From assembly GCF_044324785.1 (NCBI RefSeq), contig NZ_CP172127.1: 64,000 bases of DNA; one strand, 5' to 3'. A program made the translations under genes and the position numbers. The notes under the pieces were generated by a model. It searched no databases. It saw only the letters and a list, made by a program, of their open reading frames with translations, and had not been told where the DNA came from. Origin of the DNA: Escherichia coli. GTDB lineage: Bacteria > Pseudomonadota > Gammaproteobacteria > Enterobacterales > Enterobacteriaceae. The first letter of the stretch is position 1; each line of letters opens with the position of its first letter. This document shows positions 21,463 to 32,148 of this stretch, piece after piece.

Positions 21463-21693
21463 ATGTTTACGAAGGCGTTATCGGTTGTCTTATTAACGTG
21501 TGCGCTGTTCTCAGGACAACTCATGGCAGGGCACAAAGGACATGAATTTATGTGGGTAAAGAATGTGGATCATCAACTGCGTCATGAAGCGGACAGCGAT
21601 GAATTGCGTGCTGTGGCGGAAGAGTCGGCGGAAGGTTTGCGCGAGCATTTTTACTGGCAAAAATCGCGCAAACCAGAAGCGGGACAACGTTGA
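21463..21693 (+). CDS. yncJ: Small secreted protein YncJ
   Basis: 76-aa ORF with signal peptide (MFTKALSVVLLTCALFSGQLMA); synteny. Confidence 0.7.
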   Translation: MFTKALSVVLLTCALFSGQLMAGHKGHEFMWVKNVDHQLRHEADSDELRAVAEESAEGLREHFYWQKSRKPEAGQR

Positions 21694-21784
21694 GTCAGTT
21701 ATTGCCGGATGCGGCGTGACGCCTTATTCGGCCAACAATATCATGCAGATTCAATAAGTTGTGAGTAACCAGAAAACTGGCGTT

Positions 21785-23788
21785 TTACCCTTTTCGCTTC
21801 GGCAATGTTTTCAGCAGCTCATCCGGACTTACGGAGGCGACAACACTTCCCGGTAACGGCATTTTCAGAATGTGATTTTTAATTTTGCCGATGACGTGCA
21901 TCTCACACGGACGGCAATCGAACTTTAGCGTTAATACTTCATCGCCATTAACCAGTTGCATTGGCGTCGCCTTCCAGCTTTTGATATTGCCTTTCGCCTG
22001 TTTCGGGCACAAATTAAAGGCAAAGCGCAGACAATGCTTGGTGATCATCACCGGGACTTCGCCCTTCTCTTCATGTGCCTCATACGCCGCGTCAATCAGC
22101 TGCACACCATAGCGATGATAAAATTCACGCGCTTTCTGGTTGTATACGTTCGCGAGGAAACTCAGATGCGTTTGCGGATAAACCGGCGCAGGATCAGCAA
22201 CCGGTTTACGGCTGCCGCGCTGGTAACTGGCAAGACGCGCAGCATCCAGCATGTCGGCGGCTTCACGGCGGAACTGGTTTAACAGACTGTTTGGTACAAA
22301 CAGCGCCCCGGGCAAATTAATTTGCACATCGCGGGCGTAATAGATGGTTTGCCCCAGTTTTGCCAGACCATCCTTCAGATTGTTCATTGCTTTTTCGGCG
22401 TTATTGGCTTCGTCGAATTGCCCGTCCAGGGTATGCGTGACGCTGACACCCTCTTCACTGGTGAGGGTCAGAATCAGTTGTTCCTGCCAGCCGCCCAGTT
22501 CAATGTCTACCGCCACCCGACGTTCGCTGGAGGTTTTTGTCAGTGCCTGCTGCCAGTTATGATCAAGATTACGGTTTAGTGGGTGATGCGGGCGAATTTT
22601 GTGCAAATCTGCTGGCATTTCATTGGGCCAGACGCGGTACTGATTTTCTCCGGTTTTTTCGACTGTATTGGCGCGAAAGCCAACCACTTCACGTTTAATC
22701 ATCACATTCAGACCATCGCCATTTGCTAACGGCTCGGTGACGGCAACATCGAGATGATCCTTCGCCACTTTTAATACTTCACCGACCGGGAGGCCGATAA
22801 ACTTGGGGGAGTCGAACGCGCCGATATCCCCTTTACGGGCGTTAACAAAGTAGTCGGTACTGCCACGATGGAAGGTTTTTTCCGTCGACGGTACGAAGAA
22901 ATGCTCGGTACGACCGGATGAAGCACGCGCCAGATCGCCACGTTCGTCAATAATGGCATCCAGCATCTGGCGATAATGCGCGGTGATATTCTTCACGTAG
23001 CTCATATCTTTGTAACGCCCTTCAATCTTGAAGGAGCGCACGCCAGCATCAATCAGCGCGCCAAGGTTGGCAGTCTGATCGTTATCTTTCATCGACAGCA
23101 GATGTTTTTCATAAGAAACCACCCGCCCCTGATCGTCTTTCAATGTGTATGGCAAACGGCATGCCTGCGAGCAATCGCCACGGTTGGCGCTACGCCCTGT
23201 TTGCGCATGAGAAATGTAGCACTGACCAGAATAGGCCACGCACAATGCACCATGAATAAAGAATTCAATGGTCGCGTCCGTGGCCTGGTGAATCGCGCGG
23301 ATCTGCTCAAGATTCAGCTCTCGCGCCAGCACAATCTGCGTGAAGCCAACATCAGAGAGGAACTTCGCTTTTTCTACTGTGCGAATATCGCACTGCGTAC
23401 TGGCGTGCAGTTCAATCGGCGGAATATCAAGTTCCAGAATCCCCATATCCTGAACAATCAGCGCATCGACGCCGGTCTGGTAGAGGTCAGTAATCAGCCG
23501 TTGCGCGGGTTCCAGCTCATCATCATGCAAAATGGTGTTAAGCGTGACGAAAATTTTTGCACCATAACGATGGGCAAATGGCACCAGTTCGGCAATATCT
23601 TTCAGGCTATTACTGGCATTATGACGAGCACCAAAACCAGGGCCGCCGATATAAACAGCATCGGCACCGTGCAAAATAGCTTCGCGGGCAATGGCGGCAT
23701 CGCGTGCCGGGCTTAACAGTTCAAGTCGATGAGAAGATACGGTCACATTCTTATCCAGTAGCTGAAAAATGGCGGCTATTTTAGCCAC
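21785..23788 (-). CDS. rlhA: Peptidase U32-family protein (23S rRNA hydroxycytidine synthesis RlhA / YdcP)
   Basis: 667-aa ORF; the real start may be the GTG 14 codons downstream (23746). Confidence 0.85.
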   Translation of the reverse strand: MAKIAAIFQLLDKNVTVSSHRLELLSPARDAAIAREAILHGADAVYIGGPGFGARHNASNSLKDIAELVPFAHRYGAKIFVTLNTILHDDELEPAQRLITDLYQTGVDALIVQDMGILELDIPPIELHASTQCDIRTVEKAKFLSDVGFTQIVLARELNLEQIRAIHQATDATIEFFIHGALCVAYSGQCYISHAQTGRSANRGDCSQACRLPYTLKDDQGRVVSYEKHLLSMKDNDQTANLGALIDAGVRSFKIEGRYKDMSYVKNITAHYRQMLDAIIDERGDLARASSGRTEHFFVPSTEKTFHRGSTDYFVNARKGDIGAFDSPKFIGLPVGEVLKVAKDHLDVAVTEPLANGDGLNVMIKREVVGFRANTVEKTGENQYRVWPNEMPADLHKIRPHHPLNRNLDHNWQQALTKTSSERRVAVDIELGGWQEQLILTLTSEEGVSVTHTLDGQFDEANNAEKAMNNLKDGLAKLGQTIYYARDVQINLPGALFVPNSLLNQFRREAADMLDAARLASYQRGSRKPVADPAPVYPQTHLSFLANVYNQKAREFYHRYGVQLIDAAYEAHEEKGEVPVMITKHCLRFAFNLCPKQAKGNIKSWKATPMQLVNGDEVLTLKFDCRPCEMHVIGKIKNHILKMPLPGSVVASVSPDELLKTLPKRKG

Positions 23789-23818
23789 AAGCGCGACGTT
23801 GCGAAATAGTTTTCCCGC

Positions 23819-24355
23819 TTAACTGCGTGGGTAATGGATGAGGGAATGAAAATGTACGATTTGCTCCCCACCATTACGATAGACATGCGTAACGTCTGCA
23901 GCAAATCGAGCGCCTTTTCCACAATTAAGGCTCTGCCATTCACCATCAACGCACAGATCAAGTTGCCCATCAATGACGACAACATGTTCGATTACTCCCT
24001 TCTCATGGGGCGTCGATTCACTTATTGCACCAGGTGCCATCTGAATCGAGAAGTGTTCAAAGCAGAGTTGTGGATCATAAGGAAACAGCGAAGTGATCAC
24101 CATCGCCTGCTGTTGTGGATCATAAACTGAAGGCGTAGCGGACTGTGGCGGAGAAATAAATGTCGAAAATGGCACGTTCAACCCGGTGGCAATTTTCCAT
24201 AATGTCGCGACCGTCGGGCTGGATTCATTACGCTCAATCTGCCCTAACATCGCTTTAGAAACGCCCGTCGCTTCTGCCAGTCGCGAAAGACTCCAGCCGC
24301 GCTGCTGACGTAGTTGTTTAAGTGTGGTGGATAAAAAGCGAGTGAGATTTTCCAT
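23819..24355 (-). CDS. sutR: XRE-family HTH regulator with C-terminal cupin domain
   Basis: 178-aa ORF; HTH (…LSRLAEATGVSKAMLGQIERNES…) plus cupin. Confidence 0.85.
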   Translation of the reverse strand: MENLTRFLSTTLKQLRQQRGWSLSRLAEATGVSKAMLGQIERNESSPTVATLWKIATGLNVPFSTFISPPQSATPSVYDPQQQAMVITSLFPYDPQLCFEHFSIQMAPGAISESTPHEKGVIEHVVVIDGQLDLCVDGEWQSLNCGKGARFAADVTHVYRNGGEQIVHFHSLIHYPRS

Positions 24356-24446
24356 GTGACTCCTCCGGCAAAGCGGAAGTTTATCACTTGTGCGTTATAA
24401 CGGACAAATGCTACGGTACCTGTACGCTATAACGCACGAGGTGACC

Positions 24447-25616
24447 ATGCGTCTGTTTCCTATTCCTCCACCCACGCTACTGGCGGGGTTTCTGGCGGTA
24501 TTAATTGGCTACGCCAGTTCAGCGGCAATAATCTGGCAAGCAGCGATTGTCGCCGGAGCCACCACTGCACAAATCTCTGGCTGGATGACGGCGCTGGGGC
24601 TGGCAATGGGCGTCAGTACGCTGGCTCTGACATTATGGTATCGCGTACCTGTTCTCACCGCATGGTCAACGCCTGGCGCGGCTTTGTTGGTCACCGGATT
24701 ACAGGGACTAACACTTAACGAAGCCATCGGCGTTTTTATTGTCACCAACGCGTTAATAGTCCTCTGCGGCATAACGGGACTCTTTGCTCGTCTGATGCAC
24801 ATTATTCCGCACTCGCTTGCGGCGGCAATGCTTGCCGGGATTTTATTACGCTTTGGTTTACAGGCGTTTGCCAGTCTGGACGGTCAATTTACGTTGTGTG
24901 GCAGTATGTTGCTGGTATGGCTGGCAACCAGGGCCGTTGCGCCGCGCTATGCGGTAATTGCCGCGATGATTATTGGGGTCGTGATCGTTATCGCGCAAGG
25001 TGACGTTGTCACAACTGATGTTGTCTTTAAACCCGTTCTCCCCACTTATATTACCCCTGATTTTTCGTTTGCTCACAGTCTGAGCGTTGCACTCCCCCTT
25101 TTTCTGGTGACGATGGCATCGCAAAACGCTCCAGGTATCGCAGCAATGAAAGCAGCCGGGTATTCGGCTCCTGTTTCGCCGTTGATTGTGTTTACTGGAT
25201 TGCTGGCGCTTGTTTTTTCCCCTTTCGGCGTTTATTCCGTCGGTATTGCGGCAATCACCGCGGCTATTTGTCAAAGCCCGGAAGCGCATCCGGATAAAGA
25301 TCAACGTTGGCTGGCAGCTGCCGTTGCAGGCATTTTTTATTTGCTCGCAGGTCTGTTTGGTAGTGCCATTACCGGGATGATGGCTGCCCTGCCCGTAAGT
25401 TGGATCCAGATGCTGGCAGGTCTGGCGCTGTTAAGTACCATTGGCGGCAGTTTGTATCAGGCGCTGCATAATGAGCGTGAGCGAGACGCGGCGGTGGTGG
25501 CATTTCTGGTAACGGCAAGTGGATTGACGCTGGTCGGGATTGGTTCTGCGTTCTGGGGATTAATTGCCGGAGGCGTTTGTTACGTGGTGTTGAATTTAAT
25601 CGCTCACAGAAACTGA
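24447..25616 (+). CDS. ydcO: BenE-family inner-membrane transporter
   Basis: ATG at 24447 preceded by GAGGTGA; about 389 aa, multi-TM. The ORF-track start at 24390 is an extension. Confidence 0.85.
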   Translation: MRLFPIPPPTLLAGFLAVLIGYASSAAIIWQAAIVAGATTAQISGWMTALGLAMGVSTLALTLWYRVPVLTAWSTPGAALLVTGLQGLTLNEAIGVFIVTNALIVLCGITGLFARLMHIIPHSLAAAMLAGILLRFGLQAFASLDGQFTLCGSMLLVWLATRAVAPRYAVIAAMIIGVVIVIAQGDVVTTDVVFKPVLPTYITPDFSFAHSLSVALPLFLVTMASQNAPGIAAMKAAGYSAPVSPLIVFTGLLALVFSPFGVYSVGIAAITAAICQSPEAHPDKDQRWLAAAVAGIFYLLAGLFGSAITGMMAALPVSWIQMLAGLALLSTIGGSLYQALHNERERDAAVVAFLVTASGLTLVGIGSAFWGLIAGGVCYVVLNLIAHRN

Positions 25617-25620
25617 TAAT

Positions 25621-25645
25621 AAAAAGCGCCATCTTACGATGGCGC
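25621..25645. terminator. Bidirectional terminator between convergent ydcO and ydcL
   Basis: aaaaa-GCGCCATC-ttac-GATGGCGC: 8-bp stem with an A5 flank, giving a U-tract on the minus strand. Confidence 0.55.
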
Positions 25646-25653
25646 GGCTGGAA

Positions 25654-26322
25654 TTACTTTTTGTTAACGTCAAACATAGTGGCATCGGTCGCCATGTCAT
25701 CAATAACTTGTTTAATATTTTCGAAAGCCATTGGCGTACTTTCGTTATTCAGGTCTTTACCTTCGCCCTGACGAACGACTTTGATAACCGGTTTATTAGT
25801 CGATGCATCAATCAGCTCACCTTCAAAATACAGGCGAGTATCCATGGTACGGTGGCCCGTCGCCATTTGCGTCCCCGCGACCACTAATGCGACAGGAACC
25901 ACTTCATAGAATTGCAGCCCTTCTTTGCTGGTATCTACACCGGTAATGGCCCCACGAAAAATCAGACTACGCGGCCCAGCGGTGGTAACCAGTGGTTTAC
26001 GCTGCGCTATCGCTTCTTTCATTTCGGTGTTGGTATAGTTCAAAATTTTATCCAGAACTTTCTGCCCTACCTGGGTAGAAGGTTTTGGCACCGGATAATA
26101 AGTGATTGGGTTCCAGACGATGCTGTCATATTTGCTTTGATCAAAACTCGGGTCTACCCAACGTAAAACAGGTTTACCTGTTGCCGAGGTTGTTTCTTTT
26201 AAATCAGAGTAATTGTTTAAAAAACCAGAATATTTATCTGGCTGGGTGATTTTAGAGGCACAACCAGACAGAGCCAACAAGCCGCATAAAGCTGCAACTT
26301 TCGCAATTGATGTGGTACGCAT
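25654..26322 (-). CDS. ydcL: Lipoprotein YdcL
   Basis: 222-aa ORF with lipobox (…LALSGCAS…). Confidence 0.85.
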   Translation of the reverse strand: MRTTSIAKVAALCGLLALSGCASKITQPDKYSGFLNNYSDLKETTSATGKPVLRWVDPSFDQSKYDSIVWNPITYYPVPKPSTQVGQKVLDKILNYTNTEMKEAIAQRKPLVTTAGPRSLIFRGAITGVDTSKEGLQFYEVVPVALVVAGTQMATGHRTMDTRLYFEGELIDASTNKPVIKVVRQGEGKDLNNESTPMAFENIKQVIDDMATDATMFDVNKK

Positions 26323-26624
26323 GAATAGTTTCCTGAGATGATTATATTACTTTCTAAGTTATAGCAAAAAGCGCCGCTTCGTGTTGTGGCAAAAAAAGTG
26401 TTGGTGAAAATAAATTTTTCAGCCCCTTTTCAGACGACATAGTCAATGCCGAAAAAGGGGCTAAGTCAATCATCAGTAGTTAAATTTCAGTAAGTTAAGC
26501 TGCTAAAAAACTTCGACTACTGTGATTAATTTCACATCCATTCGATAAAAATTATGCTTACCGAAAAGAAGAACAGTAAACCATCTCAGCGGGGGGAATT
26601 TTCACGCGCCTTGTTCTTAGCGGG

Positions 26625-27218
26625 TCATTTTTTACGTGCCAGCATCGTGGCGAAACGCAGTTTAATACGATTACCGTTGGCGTCGGTGCGGTGCAGCTCG
26701 CCGACGTCTTCATTGTATTTCACCCTCTCCCAGCCTTCGTAATATCGACGTAATTCTCCCTCTTTGAAGGCAAACGGGAAGCCGACGGTACATGGATAAT
26801 CAGCGGTATCCATCGCCGCCACAATCAGGTTGTAACCGCCAGGTTTAGTGCAACGTTGCATATTGGCAATCAGCCCTGGGATGGTTTTAGCCTCAAGGAA
26901 CATCAGCACCACAGTCGAAAGAATAAAATCGTATTGCCCATCAAATGTGAGGTTATTCAGATCAACGACCCGGGTATGTAAATTATCCAGATTTTCAATG
27001 GATTTAATACGCTCGACGTTGGCGATACTCATGGCATTTTTATCCCATGCGTCAACTTCATAACCATTGGCTGCCAGGTAAAGACTGTTACGACCATTGC
27101 CACAGCCCAGATCCAGCGTTTTACCGGGTTTAACCACTTTCACCGCTTCCAGTACTTCAGAGTGTGTGCGGGTTAATTCATACTTATCAGTAAAATAGTT
27201 TTCGTCACGAATGATCAT
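26625..27218 (-). CDS. tehB: Tellurite-resistance SAM-dependent methyltransferase
   Basis: 197-aa ORF with SAM motif [10 protein letters not shown]; overlaps tehA by 4 bp. Confidence 0.9.
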   Translation of the reverse strand: MIIRDENYFTDKYELTRTHSEVLEAVKVVKPGKTLDLGCGNGRNSLYLAANGYEVDAWDKNAMSIANVERIKSIENLDNLHTRVVDLNNLTFDGQYDFILSTVVLMFLEAKTIPGLIANMQRCTKPGGYNLIVAAMDTADYPCTVGFPFAFKEGELRRYYEGWERVKYNEDVGELHRTDANGNRIKLRFATMLARKK

Positions 27219-28207
27219 TCTTTGTCCTCAGCTTTCATTAAAACGGCGCGCTCGGTTCTGATTAACAATTTCCCCTGCATCAGAAGCGCGAAAGTACGGA
27301 TGAGCAGTATTGCAATTATAAAATTGGTAAAGATAAACAGCGGCACCGCCAGCGTATGGAAAAATCCATTATCGCTGCCACTCCCCAGATGTAAGCCGGT
27401 GGTTGCCAGTGCAGATACGCCGAACGAGAAACTCCAGAATGAAGCATTAAATGGCTGGGAGAGATACCATGGCATCAGACGTAGCATAAACAGCAGTTGC
27501 AGCAGCCCATAACCGAAAAGCATTTTCGCCAGCGTGTCACCCTCGCCGCCGTTGACGCTCAGCCAGGCACTACAGGCCACCAGCGCAGGAGCGAGCTGAA
27601 TGCCGAGTGATGTCCGCAGCGCCGTGGGTAATTCTCCCGAACTGCGCAGACGCTGCAAGATCACCGGTTCAAGGCTTAGCCATGAGAAAACGCCTGCGCC
27701 TAAAAACACCAGACCGGCGTCGGTGTAGCCCAACGCACCACAGGCCATTGCGCTGATAAAGTTGTTGGCAACTGTCGGCAGATACAGTCCAGGCGTGGTA
27801 GCTTCTTCAGGATGAGATCCGCGCCATAATCCCGCAGTTTGCCAGGCGGCATAAGCCAGTTGCACCACGACGCCAAAACTGAACAGGCACACCGCCAGTG
27901 GGCGAAACCACGGAACAAAACCAATCGCCACCAGCATCGTCGTTGCCGGAAACAAACTCACAAAACTGCTCAGCACTGGATGGCGAACTTCCGCCAGCAC
28001 GCTATGCGGAAAGCGTATGAGTCGGGTAATAAATGCGCTAGTCAATAATCCCCAGATGATCATCGCCAGAATCACCAGCCCATCCCCTAACCAGTGGCTG
28101 ACCTGCCAAACCTGGCTGGCATAGCGCCAGGCAAATCCCATCCCTATCGTCCCCAACACAATACCAAAGTAGCCTGCCGGCAAATTGAGCACTTTATCGC
28201 TCTGCAT
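27215..28207 (-). CDS. tehA: Tellurite-resistance / dicarboxylate-transporter-family membrane protein
   Basis: Internal start [19 protein letters not shown]… gives 330 aa. The 36-codon extension in the track ORF is judged spurious. Confidence 0.9.
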   Translation of the reverse strand: MQSDKVLNLPAGYFGIVLGTIGMGFAWRYASQVWQVSHWLGDGLVILAMIIWGLLTSAFITRLIRFPHSVLAEVRHPVLSSFVSLFPATTMLVAIGFVPWFRPLAVCLFSFGVVVQLAYAAWQTAGLWRGSHPEEATTPGLYLPTVANNFISAMACGALGYTDAGLVFLGAGVFSWLSLEPVILQRLRSSGELPTALRTSLGIQLAPALVACSAWLSVNGGEGDTLAKMLFGYGLLQLLFMLRLMPWYLSQPFNASFWSFSFGVSALATTGLHLGSGSDNGFFHTLAVPLFIFTNFIIAILLIRTFALLMQGKLLIRTERAVLMKAEDKE

Positions 28208-28330
28208 CTTCTTACTCATTTTGTTTAATTTATAAAGTATATTTGAAATGCATTTTATGGAATTTTCTCGAGCATAGCCAGAGCCGCAGAATTTGCTACG
28301 GTTATAGTAAGTCACCTGTGGGAAAACGCT

Positions 28331-29311
28331 ATGCGCAAATATCGTCTAAGTGAAGAACAGCGAGCCTTTAGTTATCAGGAAGATGGCACTAAAAAAAGTG
28401 TGTTATTACGGCAGATTATCGCCATTAGCGATTTTAACGATGTGATAGCAGGAACCGCTGGCGGCTGGATCGATCGCGAAACGGTGTTAGCACAGGAAGG
28501 AAATTGCTGGATTTACGACCAGAATGCTATTGCGTTCGGCGGAACGGTGATTTCCGGTAATACGCGCATCACCGGCACCAGCGTACTGTGGGGAGAGGTT
28601 TACGCAACGGATAACGTCTGGATCGATAATAGTGAAATCAGCCTGGGTGCATATATAAGTGACAGCGTCACCATTCGTGGCTCATTAGTTTGCGGTCAAT
28701 GTAGAATATTTGGTCACGCCTTAATTGATCAACATTCTATGATCGTCGCCGCACAAGGCTTAACGCCCGACCATCAACTCCTGCTCCAAATTTATGATCG
28801 CGCAAGGGTTAGCGCCTCGCGTATTGTCCACCAGGCACAAATTTATGGCGATGCCGTCGTCCGGTATGCTTTTATTGAACATCGCGCCGAAGTTTTTGAT
28901 TTTGCCAGTGTTGAAGGTAATGAAGAGAACAACGTCTGGCTATGTGATTGCGCTAAAGTTTACGGTCATGCGCAGGTGAAAGCTGGCATAGAAGAAGATG
29001 CCATTCCGACGATTCATTACAGTTCACAGGTGGCGGAATATGCCATTGTGGAAGGTAATTGTGTGTTAAAACATCATGTCTTGATTGGCGGAAATGCCGT
29101 GGTACGTGGCGGACCGATTCTGCTCGACGAGCACGTTGTAATACAAGGTGAGAGCCGTATTACAGGTGCGGTGATAATTGAAAACCATGTGGAGTTAACC
29201 GACCACGCCGTCGTTGAAGCCTTTGATGGCGACACGGTTCATGTCCGTGGTCCAAAAGTCATTAACGGCGAGGAGCGCATTACGCGAACGCCGCTGGCAG
29301 GGTTATTGTGA
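28331..29311 (+). CDS. ydcK: Uncharacterised beta-helix-repeat protein
   Basis: 326-aa ORF with repetitive hexapeptide-like segments; synteny. Confidence 0.85.
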   Translation: MRKYRLSEEQRAFSYQEDGTKKSVLLRQIIAISDFNDVIAGTAGGWIDRETVLAQEGNCWIYDQNAIAFGGTVISGNTRITGTSVLWGEVYATDNVWIDNSEISLGAYISDSVTIRGSLVCGQCRIFGHALIDQHSMIVAAQGLTPDHQLLLQIYDRARVSASRIVHQAQIYGDAVVRYAFIEHRAEVFDFASVEGNEENNVWLCDCAKVYGHAQVKAGIEEDAIPTIHYSSQVAEYAIVEGNCVLKHHVLIGGNAVVRGGPILLDEHVVIQGESRITGAVIIENHVELTDHAVVEAFDGDTVHVRGPKVINGEERITRTPLAGLL

Positions 29312-29842
29312 ATCGATAATACGCGCGTATAAGTTCACATCATCATAGGCATCGTTCAGGAATTCAGCCTGTTTCAGGCAACCTTCAAGGATAAAACCAT
29401 TGCGCAAAGCGACCTGGTTGCTTTGCGCATTGTCCACCCGACATTTGATCACGAAGCGTCTAAGTTCACCAGACTGAGCGTAATGATTAATCAATGCCTG
29501 CAGCGCCTGAGAAATGATCCCCTGCCCCTGATGAGATTCGTCCAGCCAGTAGCCGATTTCAGCGGTTTTATTCAGTGGTTCAATACGATTAAACGAGATA
29601 ACGCCGATAAGTTCATCTTCTTTGAAAATCATGAACATTTTGGCATATCCGCGTTGATGCAACATTACATTGCCCTGCACCGTTTTTCGCGTGTCCTCTT
29701 CACTTTGAACAAACTGCGGCCAGTTTAGCGACTGCTGTAACCAGGTTCTATTTTTACAGATTAACTGATAAAGAGGTGTGACATGACTTTCTGCAACAGC
29801 ATGTAATTCAAGTGATTCACTTACTTTTATCGTTTCGGTCAT
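29303..29842 (-). CDS. rimL: Ribosomal-protein-serine N-acetyltransferase (GNAT)
   Basis: [16 protein letters not shown]…, 179 aa; its 3' end overlaps the 3' end of convergent ydcK by 9 bp. Confidence 0.85.
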   Translation of the reverse strand: MTETIKVSESLELHAVAESHVTPLYQLICKNRTWLQQSLNWPQFVQSEEDTRKTVQGNVMLHQRGYAKMFMIFKEDELIGVISFNRIEPLNKTAEIGYWLDESHQGQGIISQALQALINHYAQSGELRRFVIKCRVDNAQSNQVALRNGFILEGCLKQAEFLNDAYDDVNLYARIIDSQ

Positions 29843-29869
29843 CTTATCTCCAGTCAATCCATGCAGTTG

Positions 29870-29897
29870 TTAAAAAAGCCGCCTGGCTGGCGGCTTA
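29870..29897 (-). terminator. Rho-independent terminator downstream of ydcH
   Basis: AAGCCGCC-tggct-GGCGGCTT hairpin with an A6 flank, giving a U-tract on the minus strand. Confidence 0.55.
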
Positions 29898-29904
29898 GGA
29901 AAGT

Positions 29905-30129
29905 TTACACCTCTTTGACACTCTCCTGCTGCAGGATTTTGAGCATCTCATCTTTTAACTGTAGCTTTTGTTTTTTCATGCGGACCACTTCCGCATTGTA
30001 CCCTCGACCGTCGGAACCTTCCTTTCTGGCAATTTCATGATCAAGTTTATTGTGTTTATCGAACAAGGACATAAAGCGAGGATTTTCGTTTTTCAGACGG
30101 GATATTAAATCTCGGTATTCTGGAAACAT
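29905..30129 (-). CDS. ydcH: DUF465-family small protein
   Basis: About 74 aa (MFPEYRDLISRLKNENPRF…); synteny. Confidence 0.7.
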   Translation of the reverse strand: MFPEYRDLISRLKNENPRFMSLFDKHNKLDHEIARKEGSDGRGYNAEVVRMKKQKLQLKDEMLKILQQESVKEV

Positions 30130-30268
30130 ACGCACTCCCTGTTAGTGGCTGACAAGGTGTATATGAAATACACACTATCAGATTACTCATTTAACTTAGG
30201 GAAAAATGCGAGCGGGATCGTGTTTAACCAGACGGCACCTCCCGAAGAAGGTGCCGAAGAAAAAACGA

Positions 30269-31924
30269 CTAACTCATCACGCGGTCGTCAACATACTGAC
30301 GTTTATCCGGCGCTGGCGGGAAATACTGATAGAGCCATGTTTCACTGATAGCGTCGCCCTGACAACGCAGATACATCCGCATATCGACCGGATCAGTGGA
30401 GTCCGAAGTCGGATACCAGTCAAACTGAATACGATAACCATCAATGGGTTCAATATAGAGAATTTCGATTTGCTTCGCTTCCCCACTGGAAAGCGTAATC
30501 ACCGGCTCAATGCCTTTTGGTGCGGCAGCTTTCAGATCACCACCAACGAAATCGACGGCAAAACGACGCGCCCATTTTTCGGGATAGTGTTCACCAGGCG
30601 CCCAACCTTCCGGGAAACCGCCCATGCCGGTACGCGTTGCCATAACGCGCGCTAATGGGCAATGAACAGGCGGTTGCGCACTCCAGTACAGACGATACTG
30701 GAATGCAAACTCATCACCCGCTTTTACAGCTTTTTCTGGCTGCCAGAAGCAGACAATGTTATCCAGCGTTTCGCCCGTTGTTGGGATTTCCATCAGGCCG
30801 ATGGTGCCCTTACCCCACTTGTTACGCGGCTCCACCCACAGACTTGGGCGTTTGTTATACCAGCCCATAATGTCCTGATAATGGGAGAAATCACGATCCA
30901 GTTGCAATAAACCAAACCCTTTCGGGTTGTTGTCGGTGTAAGCATTGAACTGCAATTTTTGCGGATTATTCAGCGGACGGCAAATCCACTCGCCGTTGCC
31001 CCGCCACATGGACAGACGATCTGAGTCATGGATTTGCGGATGAATGGTGTCGCACATCCGACGTTCATTAGTACCGCAGCTGAACATGCTGGTCATCGGC
31101 GCAATGCCCAGCTGTTTAATGTCTTTGCGCGCATACAGGTGATTTTCCACATCCATAATCACCTGACTTTTCTCACAATGGATAGTGAACTTATAGGCAC
31201 CAGTAATGCTGGCGCTATCGAGCAACGCATAAACGGTAAAGGTGGTTGCCCCCGGTTTTACCGTATCAAACCAGAAGGCGGTAAAGTCGGGGAACTCTTC
31301 TTTACTGTCGGTGTAAGTGTCGATCGCCAGGCCGCGAGCCGACAAACCGTATTGATATGTATCATCAACCGCGCGGAAATAACTCGCGCCGAGGAATGAT
31401 ACGACATCACGGCGCGCCAGTTCGGGGGCTTTAAACACGCGAAAACCGGCAAAACCGAGATCGCTTTGCCCTTCTAATTGTTTGGTATCAACACCCGCAT
31501 CGTTGTATTTGAACAACTCCGGGCGAAAGTGAATTTCACGCGCCAGATGTGTTGCGGGATCAACAGAAAACATACGAACGCGGCGACGGAATCCCATTCC
31601 CATATGGAAGAACTGAGCGTCCAGTTGACGGTTCTCAACGTTATGCCAGAGCGATTTTTCGGCGTCGTATTGAATACTGTTATAAGCCTGCGGCGTCATT
31701 GTCGCCAGAGTGTCAGGTAACGGACGCGGCGCACCACGCCACGCGGTTTGCGCTAAGTCGTGCGCCATTGACTGTAGAATGGAGAAGTCAAAACGCTGGG
31801 TTTGCCCGTCGGCAATATCAGAATCTGCCGCGAATGCCGCCTGAGAAAAAAGAGAAGCAATGCCGCTGGTACCGCACACGGCGGCCATAGCCATTGAACC
31901 TTTAATAAATCGTCTACGATCCAT
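30269..31924 (-). CDS. opgD: Periplasmic glucans biosynthesis protein D, Tat-secreted
   Basis: 551-aa ORF with twin-arginine signal [23 protein letters not shown]…. Confidence 0.9.
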   Translation of the reverse strand: MDRRRFIKGSMAMAAVCGTSGIASLFSQAAFAADSDIADGQTQRFDFSILQSMAHDLAQTAWRGAPRPLPDTLATMTPQAYNSIQYDAEKSLWHNVENRQLDAQFFHMGMGFRRRVRMFSVDPATHLAREIHFRPELFKYNDAGVDTKQLEGQSDLGFAGFRVFKAPELARRDVVSFLGASYFRAVDDTYQYGLSARGLAIDTYTDSKEEFPDFTAFWFDTVKPGATTFTVYALLDSASITGAYKFTIHCEKSQVIMDVENHLYARKDIKQLGIAPMTSMFSCGTNERRMCDTIHPQIHDSDRLSMWRGNGEWICRPLNNPQKLQFNAYTDNNPKGFGLLQLDRDFSHYQDIMGWYNKRPSLWVEPRNKWGKGTIGLMEIPTTGETLDNIVCFWQPEKAVKAGDEFAFQYRLYWSAQPPVHCPLARVMATRTGMGGFPEGWAPGEHYPEKWARRFAVDFVGGDLKAAAPKGIEPVITLSSGEAKQIEILYIEPIDGYRIQFDWYPTSDSTDPVDMRMYLRCQGDAISETWLYQYFPPAPDKRQYVDDRVMS

Positions 31925-32148
31925 ACCTGAAAGTGAGTCCTTCTGGTGTTGTGAGTGGTCCCGCGCTGGTCGTTTTCAGCGGCAAGAAAGTGCTTATTTA
32001 TGACCGCTCACTCTAGACAATATTTATTAATAATCCAATTGTTGAACTCAGAGAATATGCATAAATCGGCAATTTTTTTATGTCGATGGGATGAGCCTGA
32101 TTCGTTTGTAAAATCAGGCAAATTTTTGCAAAGGCGGATGATCAGAAT

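Noticed and set aside
22976-23716. 246-aa + strand ORF
   Set aside because: Antisense to rlhA/ydcP, which has clear peptidase U32 identity.
26420-26465. 12-bp inverted repeat (agcccctttttc / gaaaaaggggct) in the ydcL-tehB intergenic region
   Set aside because: Forms a hairpin but lacks a clear U-tract on either strand, so I could not assign it as a terminator or a specific regulatory site.
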